Notes under the pieces: model-generated
What the model saw: the letters and a program-made list of their open reading frames with translations, nothing else
Database searches by the model: none
Told to the model about the DNA's origin: nothing
In this document: one piece after another, positions 48,401 through 62,866 of the stretch
Layout: the number at the start of each line of letters is the position of its first letter
How positions within the stretch are numbered: the stretch's first letter is position 1
Translations under genes and position numbers: made by a program
Source: Blasia pusilla
Taxonomy: Eukaryota
Assembly: GCA_050084515.1 (NCBI GenBank)
Contig: CM114271.1
Location: 37,572,001 to 37,636,000 of the forward strand
Direction: 5' to 3'
Length of the DNA stretch: 64,000 bases

Positions 48401-51400
48401 TTCGAAGAAAAGGAGGATCACATGGTGTTCGTCAGCAGCCCCGTTTACAATCACGCCGGATGCCTCCCCCGACGGATCATTTAAAAAACATTGGATTCGA
48501 TCATTGTGGGGTCACAGAAGGATGTGGGCAAAAGACGAGCATGTCTCCTCTCCGCCGAATGCTTCTCTTTTTCTGGCGAGGCCTTGATGATTTCATTTCT
48601 GGTCAGCTTCAACCCCTTGACACCCTGAGATGAGGAGCTTCATGATATCTCTCGAAACACTCGAGTGAGGAATAATTTTCTTCGTACGGAGACTTTCGAG
48701 GAATCGGACCGATATCCGTGAATGTTCTACTTCTACAAAAGTCCTAAATCACGAGAGTCTAGACTTTGCAGCGCTTCCTCGTTTCAAGCTCGGATTGAGA
48801 GTCCACGTTAAGTCCGCTCTTTCGTCTCCTTCTCTGGACGATGACGGCGAACTGGTGGCTTAATTTCAGACGTTATCTTGTGGAACGTGGAATCACGAAA
48901 ACGGAAGGCCCTTTTCCTAACGCCGTCCTAAACCGAATCGCAAGTCAATAACAACAGCATTTGACCTTTGAAAAGAGACAGCCGTTTACGATCAGCGGGA
49001 CGTATATGCAGAGCATTGCGAATGAGCTCCTCGGGGGATTTTCTGCGCCATCTCGTCGAATCACGCTGCTCTCGCTCCTACTTGGAAGTGAGCGATTGGC
49101 TGCCGTGCAGAAAGTGCAGCGAGAGTCTCCGTCTTGTTTCTTGAAGTGAGAGTCGTCTGATTCTGAAAAACGAGGCGAGAGCGTCCAAAGTCGAGGGGAG
49201 CAAGTGGAGATCGAGAAAGACTTCCATGGCCCGTGCGCATCTTACTCGACGTCCTGTGTCAACGCAGATATCCACTAGATTCGGAGAAATGTGGTCGTGA
49301 ATGTGAGAAACTCCCGACGCGTACACACACGTGACAGCTCCTCGAGGTACTCGGAATCCGTCGTGTCACGAGATCAGGAAGGCGGATGGATATTCGCTGC
49401 CAAGGCCATGGGCTTGTGCCATCTCCGCGTCCGACCGGAGAGGGCGATGGGTAGTACAGATGATCAATTCGTCCTTTGCGCAAAAAGAATGTGGATAAGT
49501 CAGCGAAGTAGTCCAGAGGTTGAACGAGTTCGCTCGCACGCGAATTCGTCTAAACCAGATCGCGAATGAATAATTTTGCCGACAGCAACACGAAACACTT
49601 GGCGAGGGCTGGGACCCGAGCACAGCCAGGGCGACGCGCTGGGCCCATCGCGAACGAGGGCTTTTCGTTCTTCGTAGTCGCCGTACCAAATCGGGATCGC
49701 CTTGAGGAATGGATTCGTTCCCGATGAAACTGGTGGAATGGATATTACACCAAGGGGAATATCCTATGACCAGAAAGTGCTCGGCACAAAATCTTTGGTG
49801 TGTGCAGCAGCTCTATCGCAGACCGAAAGCCAACTACCCGACTCACCAACCGATCCGATGTAGGTAGTGGATGAAGTGGAATAGTTGACAGTATGCGCTT
49901 GCAGACATTTTGTACTTCACGAAGAATCGGTGGGAGAGGATCGCTTACGAAGTGGTTCAGAGACGGCGAAAGCAGAAGCTCGAGGTTGGTTCGGGAGAAG
50001 GATGGTCGTCCTTCTCACCGTGTCACCACCTTCTCAAGTCGATCGGGAGCATCTGCTTCCGTAGAGTAGATCGAGCGATAGCAAAATGTTGTCATTCACT
50101 CAACATCGCCCAACAACCAGACGATGCCAATCCCTTCGACGACAATCTGCAGAGCATTTTGCGGCTGCGAGAATTCATGAGCAGTGGGGCCCTTGGCCGC
50201 CCAAACATCTCTGGCCAGGGAAGCATGTACATACAGATTCACAAAAGTCGTATCTTCCTGCACAAACCGACTGATTGCTGATGATCAGACTGGCCGCTAT
50301 CGGGATGGTGTGAGTAGACGAGAGTTGTGCAGAATATGATCCAAATCACGTCACAGTCGTCGGGGGTACTCCAGAAACAGGGAGACAGGTTTAATTCGCA
50401 CGGCCGGTTGCAAAAACAACCAATCGTCTTGCTACACCGAACGCCGGCCTTGTTCACAAACGGAAACCACCCATTTGTGAGGAGATTCTGGAGAAAGCCT
50501 GGGGCCTCCCTGCCATGCACAGAAATACTTTCCTGAACGATTCTGCAACGCTTACTGACAGATCTACCGTCGCGTTCAAGGCAGTCCAGTACCGTGAGTC
50601 GAAGGCTTGACCGTCCTGAATTCAGACCGGGGACGAGACGAGCGAAATACAGGTCAGTTTAGGGAGGTAGGGACGGTGAGTATTTGACCTGACCTCATGC
50701 AGTGCACATGCCTTGCCTTTTCCTGCGATCAAGTTATTCGATTCCCATGGTAGGGAAAAAGAGAAAAGGGCCAACTCGTGGGCAATGATTCCTGTTTTGT
50801 CTTCGCAGCAGATTCTTCCGCAGGCGATCTTCTTCCTTTCCTTTTTTTGAATGCTGGTGCATCCTCACCAAAAGAGCAAATGCTTTTGGGCCAGCCCTGC
50901 AATAGGTCGTACGTACAAGGAAAGTATAGCCCACACACACACATCCCGTATCGGGCGAAGCTTCTCCGTTTCAGCTGCAGCACGATAGTGATTCGATCCG
51001 AGCTGAGTCATACGAACCTTGATCGTACGTAAGACAGACGCCAATCTAGAACGTATTAGGAAGATTCGGCGGTACTTTGACGCACTTGTGAGATCCGCTT
51101 CTTTACTTCGTGACAGTACGCCACAGCGTGATTTCGGGGCGAGACGTTTAGGTGTGACCCTGGCGTCGCTGGAGTTCGCACTCACATGGCGGTGCGAAGT
51201 CGCGACTTTAGCAAGCGCGGGTTTTGTGATCTGTCAGGGTGACGGAAACACTGTAGGACGTCGCTTCCAGCTAAACGAGAAGCGCACACTTGTGACGGTA
51301 AGCAGAAGAGCGCGCAAAGTTTCTCCACTTAATTTCCTCGTCGGTAATCCGTGTTCAGGCAGCTGTGGAACTCGTCATGAAGAAATTAAAAAATACGCTG

Positions 51401-54400
51401 CCGTGCGAAAGGAACGCCGGCGTGCTGGAGCCCGATGCGCAAGTTTTGCAAGTTACGAGGGGGTAACAAGTTATCGCCGGAACTCATTCATAAAAATCGC
51501 CGATCTATGGACCCGCTGATCCAGCTCTTCTTGCGGACAGGAGTCCTTATCCGAACTCGCGAAACGCACTACTCGTGAAACAACGGATAGAGCAGAATCT
51601 TCGTCGCGAACGCGCAAGTGTGCACCCCATTTTATTCTAGTGACTATTAGTTGAACCTTCTTTATTGTATGGAGAGCACGGAAACCGTATTCGTATTCCC
51701 TGCATGTGAGCGTAGAATCCGACGGGTGACCATAAGAAGGACTCTGCCTGCCCCCGGGAGCGTAGCAAAGTCACGGAGTCTCCAGAGACGGACCGTCGAG
51801 TCCTCGAGGCTCAAAGGCGAGACGCGAGAGTCGAGTCACGGTACACCAGTCGACCGGGCTGGGCTCGGGGAGACATGTACGGTACGGAGAAAAGATGGTA
51901 TATTGGTTGTAAAGTCGCGCCTCACTCCTCGGCTTCGGGTGATGGAATCGGCGAGCTTCGTTTCTCGGGCGCCGTGTGGCGTGACCGGATCGTTCGGAGT
52001 CTGGAGTCTGGACGACTCCGGGAGAATCTCCACCGCTGCGTCGGTCTCGTCTAGAAAGGTAAATCTAGGAAACCTCTGCAGTTGATTGTTTCACTCGATC
52101 TGCTGTCGAGGCGGCCTGGGTCTACACCGTATCGCATGGAGAGGAAGGAAAGAAAGATAGATAGATCAGGCCTCCATCAGTTTCCCCACCGCTTCGCCAT
52201 CCCCACTCCAAGCACCGCCAGCAGTCCGGCTTCATCCCAACCTTCTCCAACTCGCCGCCTTTCCGACGCACTCCTCCACTACGCTCTACACACGCCTCAC
52301 AGTACGTCACAAACTCGCCTTGCGGATTGCTTAGACCTCGAACTGGATCGTAGCCCGTGATCTGTCAAACAAAAGGATTGACAAACAACAAATTTTGTCC
52401 TGCGGAATTATCCACCCGGGACAATGTGACGTTCTTCGCCAGCTGCGGTGGACGTCATGGACCGATCGGATCCCGTCCGCCGTAACTACTCGCGGGATAC
52501 AGTCCTCCTCCTTGCGAGTTCGAAAATCGAGTATCCCAACAAGACGCAATTGGTGTCACGAGTGACAACTTCGTAGCGGAAGTCGTACTTTCTAACATGG
52601 ACGGCAGAAACTCTCCCGTGCTCCCACTGCCTCTTCCTCTCTGGTGAGTCCGCTCGTCGCAAGCTTCGCCGGTTCATTTACACTCGACGGTTTTCCCGTG
52701 ACTTATTTCTTTTCTCGCTTCTAAAAGATTTTGGGAAATGTGGCCCTACAATTTTGTAAATTTGTATTTCCATAATTGTAAACTCTATTGTGATTTTTTT
52801 AATTGAAGACGGTTCAATTAATTTTTCTCATTTTTGGATTTCATTACGTCCTTTTGCGATGTTTTCCATTTTCATCCAGATTTCGGAAATGTGGACCTCA
52901 ATTTTTTAATTAAATCATTTAGAATTAATAATTCTTTTCCCATGAGATGATCTTGAATGAAAAGATTCACATATGGAGGATGATAATGTAAAATTAGTGA
53001 ACAAAAGATGAATAAAATTAAAGGTTAAAAATGACAAAAATTAAGAAAGATTTTATTATAATACGTCTAACTTGGTTTAAGATAAATTTTCATAAATTTT
53101 CTCTATAAATTGTGGGAAAAAACTGTCCCTATTCCAATCCCCATATTTAAGTAAGTAAAAGAAAATCATCTATGTTCATGATTTTTTCCCCAAAAGAGGG
53201 ATTACATTTTTCTCCCAATCTAACTTGAAAATTAAAAATAAAATAGAAATAACGTGTCTTCCCACATTCTTCATTATTTTCAAGAATACATTATTCTTCA
53301 TTATTTGGAAGAATAATTCTTGTCCCACTATCCTTTTTATTTTTTCACCAAAATTTTAAAAAATTTCCCTTAAAAAAAACTTTAAATTATTTTTGTCATA
53401 ATTTCGTTGGCATGAACATTGAAAACAGAATTTTAAATTTTCAAATGAGAAAAGATAATAAAAATGAAAGAGACTCTAGAAGATTTCATGTGGAAAGATG
53501 TTGGAATTTGAGTAAATTAATTATTATTCTTATTTTTAAAACTAGTTACAAAAACCTTACCATTCTTGTTTTCTGCTTAGTATAGGATAAATGTTTTTAA
53601 AAAAAATTCATGAGTTGAGTACTTGGAAAATTATTATAAGTGTCATTAATTCATTGGTCTTCAAAGCCCAGCTAACGTCCTTAATAGTATAATAGTATGA
53701 TTAGACCATACAAAAGTTTTTTAATAAGATATCTTTCAAAATTAGAATTGGGGATTAAGTCTTCTTTTTTCTTTGAACTTGGATCCTTGGCTACCATTTT
53801 TCATTTCCAAATTATTAGTTTTTTCATATTATTGGTTTTAACATGCACATAAGAGGTGTTATGTGTGGACGAGGGAAACAATGTAAAAAAATTTCCATCT
53901 CTAAACAAGTATTTTAATATATCCACATAGATTTTAACCATAATAATTGAAAAGATCTATCTTAATTTGGCCTCCACTAAACTTCTTACAATTTTGGTGA
54001 GAAAAATCAGCTGATAAATAGTTAAATAATAATTTATTAGATTTCCTTTAATTGTCCTCTAACAAAATGGATCGATGAGAGTGGGCCATTTGAAATTTGT
54101 ATTGGCAGATCTACACATAATGTGGGGGCGAGTAGAGCCTTGCCTTGTAGTAACAAATTTCTTCATCATTCACACATAATAGTGTCATTTGTAAATATAA
54201 CAATATGTGCATAGAAGTGGCATAGGGCGATAAGTATGACTATTTAGGTGGGGGTTGAGGGATTTCTTGTAGTTTCCAAAACAAAAAATAAAGTGATTTA
54301 GTAAGAACTCTAACAAAATACCAACCTTATGTGACCCTCCAACTTTTCCTTATCATAACTTAGCCTAATCCTAATTGAAATGATAATTTCACTTAATGTG

Positions 54401-54571
54401 CTCCACTTGTGGGGATTACAACATCTTAACTAGTAAATCACTTTTCTAAATGAAATCGAGAAGTATGTAGCATGGAAGAAAATTAATGAAAAAGAATATT
54501 ATGAAATTAATGCATGGAAAATATTTGAATTGAGAAATAATTGAGAGTTGTCAACAAGAGTGGGGAAAAAT

Positions 54572-54783
54572 CAAGGTTGCATAGGGACAAAGCTCGTGTT
54601 TGTAAACTTAGATCTGCCCTTAACATGAACATATCCATGCAAGCCCAAGTTCCCATGGCCGGCGCTTCAACACTTGGGTCCGCCCCACCCACAACTAAAC
54701 CTAGGCTCAGCCAACCCACAACCAATCCAACAAATCATTGCCCATTCTTGCTACCCGTTATGTTCTCGCACGGGCCAACCTTG
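54572..54783. mobile_element. Shorter copy of the same MITE family
   Basis: CAAGGTTGCATAGGGACAAAG...CAACCTTG; shares the internal CCGCCCCACC and GCCAACCCACA blocks with 33037-33435. Confidence 0.65.
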
Positions 54784-54900
54784 TGCCAAGGAATTGAGAA
54801 ACTAAAATTCTATACGTATGCCAAGGGTTTGTGGTATATATACTTCCTATATAAACTAGATTCTCGAATAATTCTCTTGCGCCATTTCACAATAAATATT

Positions 54901-54904
<4 letters not shown>

Positions 54905-54942
<38 letters not shown>
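54905..54942. repeat. (CT)19 microsatellite
   Basis: Direct reading. Confidence 0.95.
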
Positions 54943-54945
<3 letters not shown>

Positions 54946-57624
54946 TTGATTGCTCAAGATCATCTTAACTCTTTCTTGAAGGTTTATTTTTTAGCATCCC
55001 ATGTTATATATAAGGTCTTTTATCCCATTTGTAATTTTTTGGGTAGGTGGGCCATTTCCAAATTCTTTTATCCATAGAGTCTTACATATGATTGGTTGAA
55101 AGTTAAAAAATTATGAATAGAAGTATGGAAATTCTGAATTTATGTTTCAAACTTCCAAGTTGTTGGATCGAGAAAGGGAAAATGATCCTTGCAAGAAATT
55201 CAAGCTTTAAAATTAAGGTTATAAGACTCTTTTGATACTTTTGATATTAGAAAGGAAAGTACAACTTCTCTCTTTGGATATAATCTAACTTTACCTAAAA
55301 GTCCATTCTAGGATAAGAAAGATGTGGTAAAAGCCTTCCGTATAAATATCATAAATTTTTATTGCCATATAATAAGTTTTGGATGGAAGTGAACCAATAA
55401 GAAATTTTCATGCATATTGACAAACACTATCACATCAAAATAGTGTAGATTTCTAATATTTTGCTAATATATAATAAAGCACAATTAAATTTCTACTTTA
55501 AAAATTATTCTTATCTTGAAGATTTATGAGTTTTGACAATGTTATTATTTTCTTCTTTGAAATTCTTAGATTATATACTATATTAGTACTAAACACGTAT
55601 CCTATACATAATACTAGAATTGCATTTTTATATAATTTTTTTCTTATAAGAAAAAATTTCTTGGGCCAAAGTGCTAAAGATGATATATCATGTGTAAGAA
55701 TTGGTGCAAAAATCAAGAAGGTCCCAACTATTCATTGTAATTATATATGTAAATATTTTTGCCAAAATTTTATTAAATATTTTTTTATGTTGGCCATTTG
55801 TAAAGAATTTTTACTTTCCTATATTCCCTCAAAAGATATATGTTACTTCATTGATATCTTGACCAATGATAAGATAATGGTATAACATATTCCATATATA
55901 GGTTTCTACCAAAGACACCTATGTTCAAGAAATTTGGGTGGTCTTACAAAGAATGCCAATTTTTTGTACTTATAAGTTCTAAAATTCCTTTGATTCCATG
56001 GGAAATCAAACTCCTTTTCACTACTTAATATGTCTTGCTTAAGGCTTCAAATTCCCAATTTATTAGGAATGATATATTGGTAGAAATTCTTCAAATTTCC
56101 TATCAAATATATGTTTTAAAAGGGTACTAAAATTTTAAAAACTCACTATGACATTAAATTGTATTCATGCCTAAAGGCATATATGCCTCTAGAATACTAG
56201 TTGACATAGATTAATTTTGGAAGTTTAAATATTCATATTTAAGCCATAGTTGATACTAATGGAAGGTTTTGCGTAAATCAACTATTTGATAAATTTTTTC
56301 AAAACTTCCCGAATACTTAATCCCGATTTTTCAATCAGATATCCCATCATTGACATGACACCTATTATTTTACCTATATGGAAGTCCAAAACCCAAATAT
56401 TCTATGAATTTTCTTGAACATTTCTTGAAAATTCCATACCAAATTTCCAATCTTTAATATTGTGTTAAACCTCGCACTAATGCAATATTTTCCCTCTTTT
56501 TACTCTACACAATTTCATTCAAGTTTCATCAATATTCTTTGTATTTAAAATATAAAATTTGAATTCTTGTTGAAATTTGGTGTCCAATTAGAATTTGCAT
56601 TAATTGGATTGATTATTTTTAGAATTTTTGGTTGCCACATAGGAAAATAGTTAGCATCATATAAATATATTTTTGGCAAAGAATATTTAGGTTTTACCAA
56701 AATTTTCACTCCACTTCCATTAGTTGTTAATATATTTTGAGTGGATCCATAGGACCATACTTTTATAAATATTTTTAGGTTCTCATTCAAGATAACTATT
56801 TCTTTGAGGATATAGTGTCACAATTACTACTACTTTGGAAGTTATATATAAGTTTTCTTTATGTAAGTTGTTTCTAAGTGCTTTTCAAGTAAGATTATTG
56901 GGAATTCATGATTCTATTGTAGGTATATTGTCACATTAATAATTGACTCTAGTCGCAAATCTATCATTAATAAATTCTAGTAACCTTTATCGCCTCCACT
57001 TCCATGAAATTGTATGATAATGACTTATCTTGGTTAGTCCTAGGTTTCGATGGTTGGTAATAAAAAAACTTTCCTCTTAGTTTTGGACTAAGGTTTTTAT
57101 GAATTATTTTTCCTCATAAAACCTCTATAAAATTTTGCTTATATTCCTTCTATGGATCTCCCAAATTTTCATCTACGCCCAAGCTCAACATAGCTTATGT
57201 AGTTTAGTATAGCTATGATGTCATTTGAAGTAAGAAGCAAGGAAGTAACTTATATTGGTTTAGGCAATTTATGTACATATGTTGCCATCTTGGTTAAGGT
57301 GGTATCTATGAAAATATGCTAAAGAAGTGTAACTTATGAAATTCAACTCTCATTCATACACATCATCATGGAGAACAAAAAACTGCAATGAGATAATAAG
57401 TAGGGGTTGATCCCCTTCTTAATTTATATAAGGTTTGAACAAGTAACTCTAACCAAAGTCTCTCATTACACTAATTATGATTAACTAATCATAGTCAAGA
57501 TAATAATCTTGTGCTTAATTGATTAAGTAGGATTAAGATTTCTTACTTCATGTGAATACTAATTCACCATCAAATGTAGCAAATTGTGTGTCCAATGAGC
57601 TTGATTATAACTCAATTTTCAATA

Positions 57625-59480
57625 TTCCCCCTCAAACTTTTATCAATATCCCATATATCTTAATTATTTCTAAACATATGGAATTTATCACTAGACAATG
57701 CCTTTGTAAAGATATCAGCAATTTGTTGATTTAAATCTCTGTACACAAGATTAATCTCTCATGCTAACACTTTCCCTTTAATGAAATGGTAGTGTATCTC
57801 TACATGTTTTTTTTGAACATGAAACATAAGATTAATTCTATAAATCTTATTTTCATAAATTGAAATAGAGTTACCAACACTAATCTTAACGAATAATCAA
57901 TGAAGCCATATAAACTCACATGTTGTATTGGTTGATTCTTCGTGTTTAGTCTGTGTTAAAGATAAAGCAATTCTAGATTGCTTCTTTGAAGCCTAACTTA
58001 TAACTGCACTTTCCAATGTGAAGGACTAACAAAATATAGATTTTCTATCAAACACGCTTCTTGCCTAATCAACATCTATGAATTCTTATAGCAACTTGAA
58101 GAAGGTTCAAAATGAAATCCAAAATCCATAGAGAACTTCAGATATTGCAACTCCTTCTCACAACAAGGTATCTAAAGTGCTTGCATAAACTGGCTCACTA
58201 AGCCAACTTCGTAGGTCAAGTTTGGCTTGATTTTCATCATATAAATCAAACTTCCGACCATACATCTATACATATGTAATCTTAAAGTAATTCTTCTTCA
58301 TCCACTCTCACCTTTACATTTAGTCTATTGGAATAAAGATTGGCTTAAACGCCTTCATACAAACTTTGCAGAGTGTATGAGGAGTATGCAATCGTTGTAA
58401 TAATCACACGATCTAAACAACCTTGATAAACTCAATACCAAGGAAGTACTAAGATTTCGCTAAGTCCTTTAGATCAAATTCTACCTATAGTTTTAGCTTG
58501 ACTTGTTATATGTTATCCTCACGCCTCCTAATGATCAAGAGATCATCACCATATAACGTAATATTAATTGTATGATTTTATCCTTATAAGATATAAAGTG
58601 AAGAATTAGAATCATAGATTCTAAATCCAAGCTTCTACAAGACCTATATAATCTTGCCAAACTAAACTTTTGGAGCTTGCTTGAGCTCATACAAAGCTTT
58701 CTTTAAGAGTTTTTCTTGACCATTTCTCCCATATTGAGTAATAGCTACGGGGTGCTTAATTTATGAGTGTTATTTTTCCTTGTGTTGTTTCAAGGCTCCA
58801 ATCCTCATATTTACCTTCTTCTTTAAGAAAAAAGATTGCCTAGTGATCCTTCATCCTACAGTCATTGCAAGATCCAAGAACCCTCTATTCTTGATCTAGT
58901 TCTACCCCAACAATTGATTACCGCCATTATCACCTTGTGATTATCTTTTTAGAGTACTAATAGATCTTGTTGATTGCCTCTTCCTTTATATCCATCATGA
59001 TCAAAGAAGCTTCTGCCATAACCTTTTACCTCTATTTGATCTAGTACTTATGAATAGAGCACTCTCAAATTATGACGGCGTTCTAAATTAGCGAAAAGAA
59101 TCAAATCATCATTTTATATTTTTCTTCCAATACTTTTCAGCTAATATTCAAAACATAATCATAGATTTTTTGCCATCCTTTCCTCTCTTCGTTCAATTGT
59201 TATTTCAATTAAAGTTTTATGATCTTTATAGATTTCTAGAATAACTTCTCTTATGAATCCCAGGCGTGTTTTTAGTATTAACATCTTGAATATGAACAAT
59301 CATTGGTGATCGCTGTTAAGATGTATTAGATTATCAATCTAGCGCATGTTTTCTGGGCTCGAACATTTAAGTCAGTTGAATCAGCTATGGACTTAGCCTC
59401 ATCACTTATAACAAGCTCCCATAGTTCTAGATCCATGAGAAATTACTTCATACAAAACTTCAAAAAATAGTAGTTTTGTC
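57625..59480 (-). mobile_element. Decayed Ty1/copia LTR retrotransposon internal region (gag fragment, RT, RNase H, PPT)
   Basis: Minus-strand remnants with stops and frameshifts: gag-like FLMDLELWELV (~59410-59440), KKALYELKQAP (~58670-58705), LYGDDLLII (~58530-58557), HVEIH (~57795) and QQIADIFTKALS (~57690-57730). PPT TTGAGGGGGAA at 57625-57635 is followed by an LTR-start-like TATTG. Confidence 0.88.
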
Positions 59481-62400
59481 TATCCAACCCTTGCCTCTAA
59501 TTTTTGTTAAGGAATACTCTATGAAGGACGATTTCACTCACAAATCATAATTTTAGGCGTCACATTTTTCCAAGTGAATTATACATCACTTGTACTAAGA
59601 AATTTATTTGAAATTGGCCGAAATTGATTAATTCTATGATGAAATTGGTCAAAATTGGCATGTCAAGGAGAAATCAGACATCTTTTCTTCACTATTTGCA
59701 CTTTCCCATATTGAAATTGCAATTGCACAAGATTAGAATGTTAGGATTATGCAATTTTTGGTGTATTTGAAAGATCTTGATGAGCTATAAGACAAAAAGA
59801 ACTAAATTTTGGCATTATTTTGATTGCTAGTTACTTAGATCATTGAATCAATGAGGAAGATCCTAAAAAATTCCTCTAAATTAAGTTTCATCACCTTTAC
59901 AACTCCATATGAAACTTTCAACTTCATAAACTCGAACTCAAATCTCCTTCCCCCCTTAAAACATGATTCTTCACTTGCCTTTCTTCTTTCCTCTTACCTA
60001 AAGGATCAAGGTTTAGCGCATCTTGATTTTTTTAGTTTTTTTTTCCAAAAACGTTCTCAAAATTTTAGGTGAAAAAAAAAATATTTTTGGGAGCATATTT
60101 TGAGACAAGTGATTCTTTATTTTTATGTATGCTTTTGAAAGGTAATTATTTGATATATTTAATTTCTTATAATTTAAAAAAATTTAAAATAAAAAATAAT
60201 CGTATATATTTATCCAAAATAAATAACTAACTTGAGTTTTGGTATTTTAGTGAGATAGCATGGTAGAATATTCAAACAAGGAAGGTGAAATCCAAAAAGT
60301 CATAACTTAACCTATTACCATTGTAGGGAAGAGTCAAATAAGAAGCAGAGGATTACAAGTAATAAGAGGAAGGACATTGGGCAACACAATGCCCAAATTT
60401 GACATTAGTGGTTGCGTTGGTGGATAATGCTAGATTAAGAATCTTAGATAGACATTACATCCAATTAAATAATCCAAGATGGATTTGGAAATATCATGAG
60501 GAAGTTGTTGGAGATAGCCAAATTCGTCAATGAATCTTTCCTTAAGGAGAGCAATTGTTGGCAGATACTCTCTTGGGTTGCGTTGCCTAAGGGAAGTATC
60601 TTTTCATAGTGGATTGAAGGAGAAAATTAGATGAGTGGATTGAATCCAACTCTAATGATTGATAACTCGATTTCTCGACCTAATTACGCCGAAATGATTC
60701 AACGATTAGGCTTTAGAATGGGAACATTGGTTTCATTCCTAATAGATGAAATCTTTGGTTCAATTAGGTTGATTTTCCAAATATAACTTGGAGCCTATGA
60801 GCAAGAATGCCATCTATTTTTTGGAATGTATACCAGAAGAATTAGAAGGAGCAATTACGAGGCAACATTTATTGCTTAGGGTGTTGGACTGATTGGAAGT
60901 GTTGTGTTTCAGTAGAAGTTCTCGAGGCCAAAACTTATACAATTTATGGGAGATTCATTCTCATACATTGTGAAGTTTTTTAAGGACTAGAGATATAGAG
61001 TTGAAGAAGTAATACTTGGAACCAAGTTAAGTGAGTTGAAGAAGGAGATAGTTGGATGGCATAGGAAGCACATTAGCATCATTCATCGTGTTGATGTCCT
61101 TCCTCTTTTAAGTTCTTCTACTCTTATATTTACTCTTTGGAATGGTGGAAATCTCGATAAGATATTGGAGAGGATGGAGATGATAATGACAAATGGATTT
61201 TGGATAGATAGTTCTAATTTTGACCAATACAAGGTGTTCATGATGTGAAGGCTAGCACTAGTTCCGTATTTCTTGAGACTCTTTCATATTTTCATCATCA
61301 CGATTGGATGCATAAGGATCTCCATACTCTAAAAATATGTTCTACTTTCATGATTGGAATTTTGAGTCGCCGCACGAGTAGTGTCTCTTCCGCCACTCAA
61401 TCCACTTTAGTGTTTTCTGGAAATATTAATCTCAAGTTTGCACAGAAATTTGAGCAAGCATGGTCGGTTAGTTTGATTCGATACCTTCATATGCAACCTA
61501 ATTTCAATCCACATGTAGCTCTAGAATCGACAAAGCATCACTTGATGCATTTGAATGCTTCAACTATATTGGAAGATCAACTATTCATGGAGTTTTTGAT
61601 GTTTATTCTCTTGGGGTTATCTTACGGAGGATTATGAGGAATTTATACAAATTTTTATATCATGCACTCCATGAAAGATTAAGGATTAAAGACCATTCAA
61701 GGGCTACGTTGATGGATAAAAAGTTGAATTACTAGATTGAGAAGATAATCAATCCAACCATAGGTACAAAGGGAGGGCTTATTAGGGTTGTAGAGGCAAA
61801 GACCAAGATATCTAGTATTTTGAATGAGAATACTAATCCTCTAGTCATTCTGAATAATGGATGTTATTTTCACCCCATTCTAGGACCAATGTGGAGTAGA
61901 AATTAGATGTTTAACTTAGGCGAAACATATATGTAAATATTTATAAAAAGAATAATTTTGGAAAAATTTCATGTTATTAGTTTGAATATGTATTATCTAT
62001 GTATATCTTATTGCGATTCACAAGACTCTTGTAAGTGAGAAATAATTCAAAAATATTTTTTTCACATAACAATATGTTTATGAAAATTTTTAAAAATGTG
62101 ATATTTAATTTTGGTTGAACCTTATAAAGGATTTCGATAGATATTCTCATATCGTTTTGATATCATGTACAAGCATGCTAAAGAAACATAATTGATGCAA
62201 TATGACTCTCACTTACACATACCATTATAGAGAACGAAAATTTGCAATGAGAGAATTAAAAGGAGCTGGTCCCTTTCTTAAATATGTAGGGTATGTACAA
62301 GGAAATTTTACCCTAACTATAGTCTTTAGCTATACTAACTATGGTTTACTAATCGTAGTGAAAATAATCGTGCTTAATAAATTAATTAGGATTAATTTTT

Positions 62401-62655
62401 CCTAGTTTGTGTGACTATGAAGTATAGTAGATCATATATCCAATGTGCTTCACTACAACTTAATCTTCAATAGAACCATGATAGACTTTTTGTGTGAATT
62501 ATAGTTCAAGCATTCTTTGTACCTACCTTTGTATATAGAGAGTGGGATGATGTTCTGATCCTTTTTATGGATATTCTCATTCTTCATTTTTATGCAAGTA
62601 GCTTTCTTCTCTTTATAAGTGTTTATCCTTCATGTTGGTCTTGTAGAGTTAATAA

Positions 62656-62866
62656 TCTATATTATTATGGGAGACTGCCTTCTTGATTTGCAAACACTTC
62701 TCTGCTTGACTCATGGCAATTGGGCAGCAAGAAAATGTTTCACATGCTACGGGCAGCAAGAAAAAATTTTGAATTTATGTGAAACATCCTTAATCTCTTC
62801 CCTTCACGGGCTATACACGAGCTCTTCAAACACTTTTTCCACTACATCGCACGGATACTTGACTAG
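62656..62866 (+). mobile_element. Non-autonomous mini-Helitron, 211 bp
   Basis: A|TCTATATTATTATGGGAG...ATCGCACGGATACTTGACTAG|T: TC start, CTAG end, A/T insertion site, no TSD. Same family as the two copies near 10.5-11 kb. Confidence 0.72.

Noticed and set aside
52625-52645. miR408-like string CACTGCCTCTTCC-TCT-CTGG
   Set aside because: The 3-nt insertion is not at positions 10/11 and there is no hairpin partner.
55090-56460. Large decayed fold-back element
   Set aside because: Only short, patchy inverted matches in very AT-rich DNA; cannot be supported without a dot-plot.
60300-61800. Decayed transposon coding region (similar impression at 1-500 and 33500-34800)
   Set aside because: Looks like eroded coding DNA, but I could not identify any diagnostic motif.
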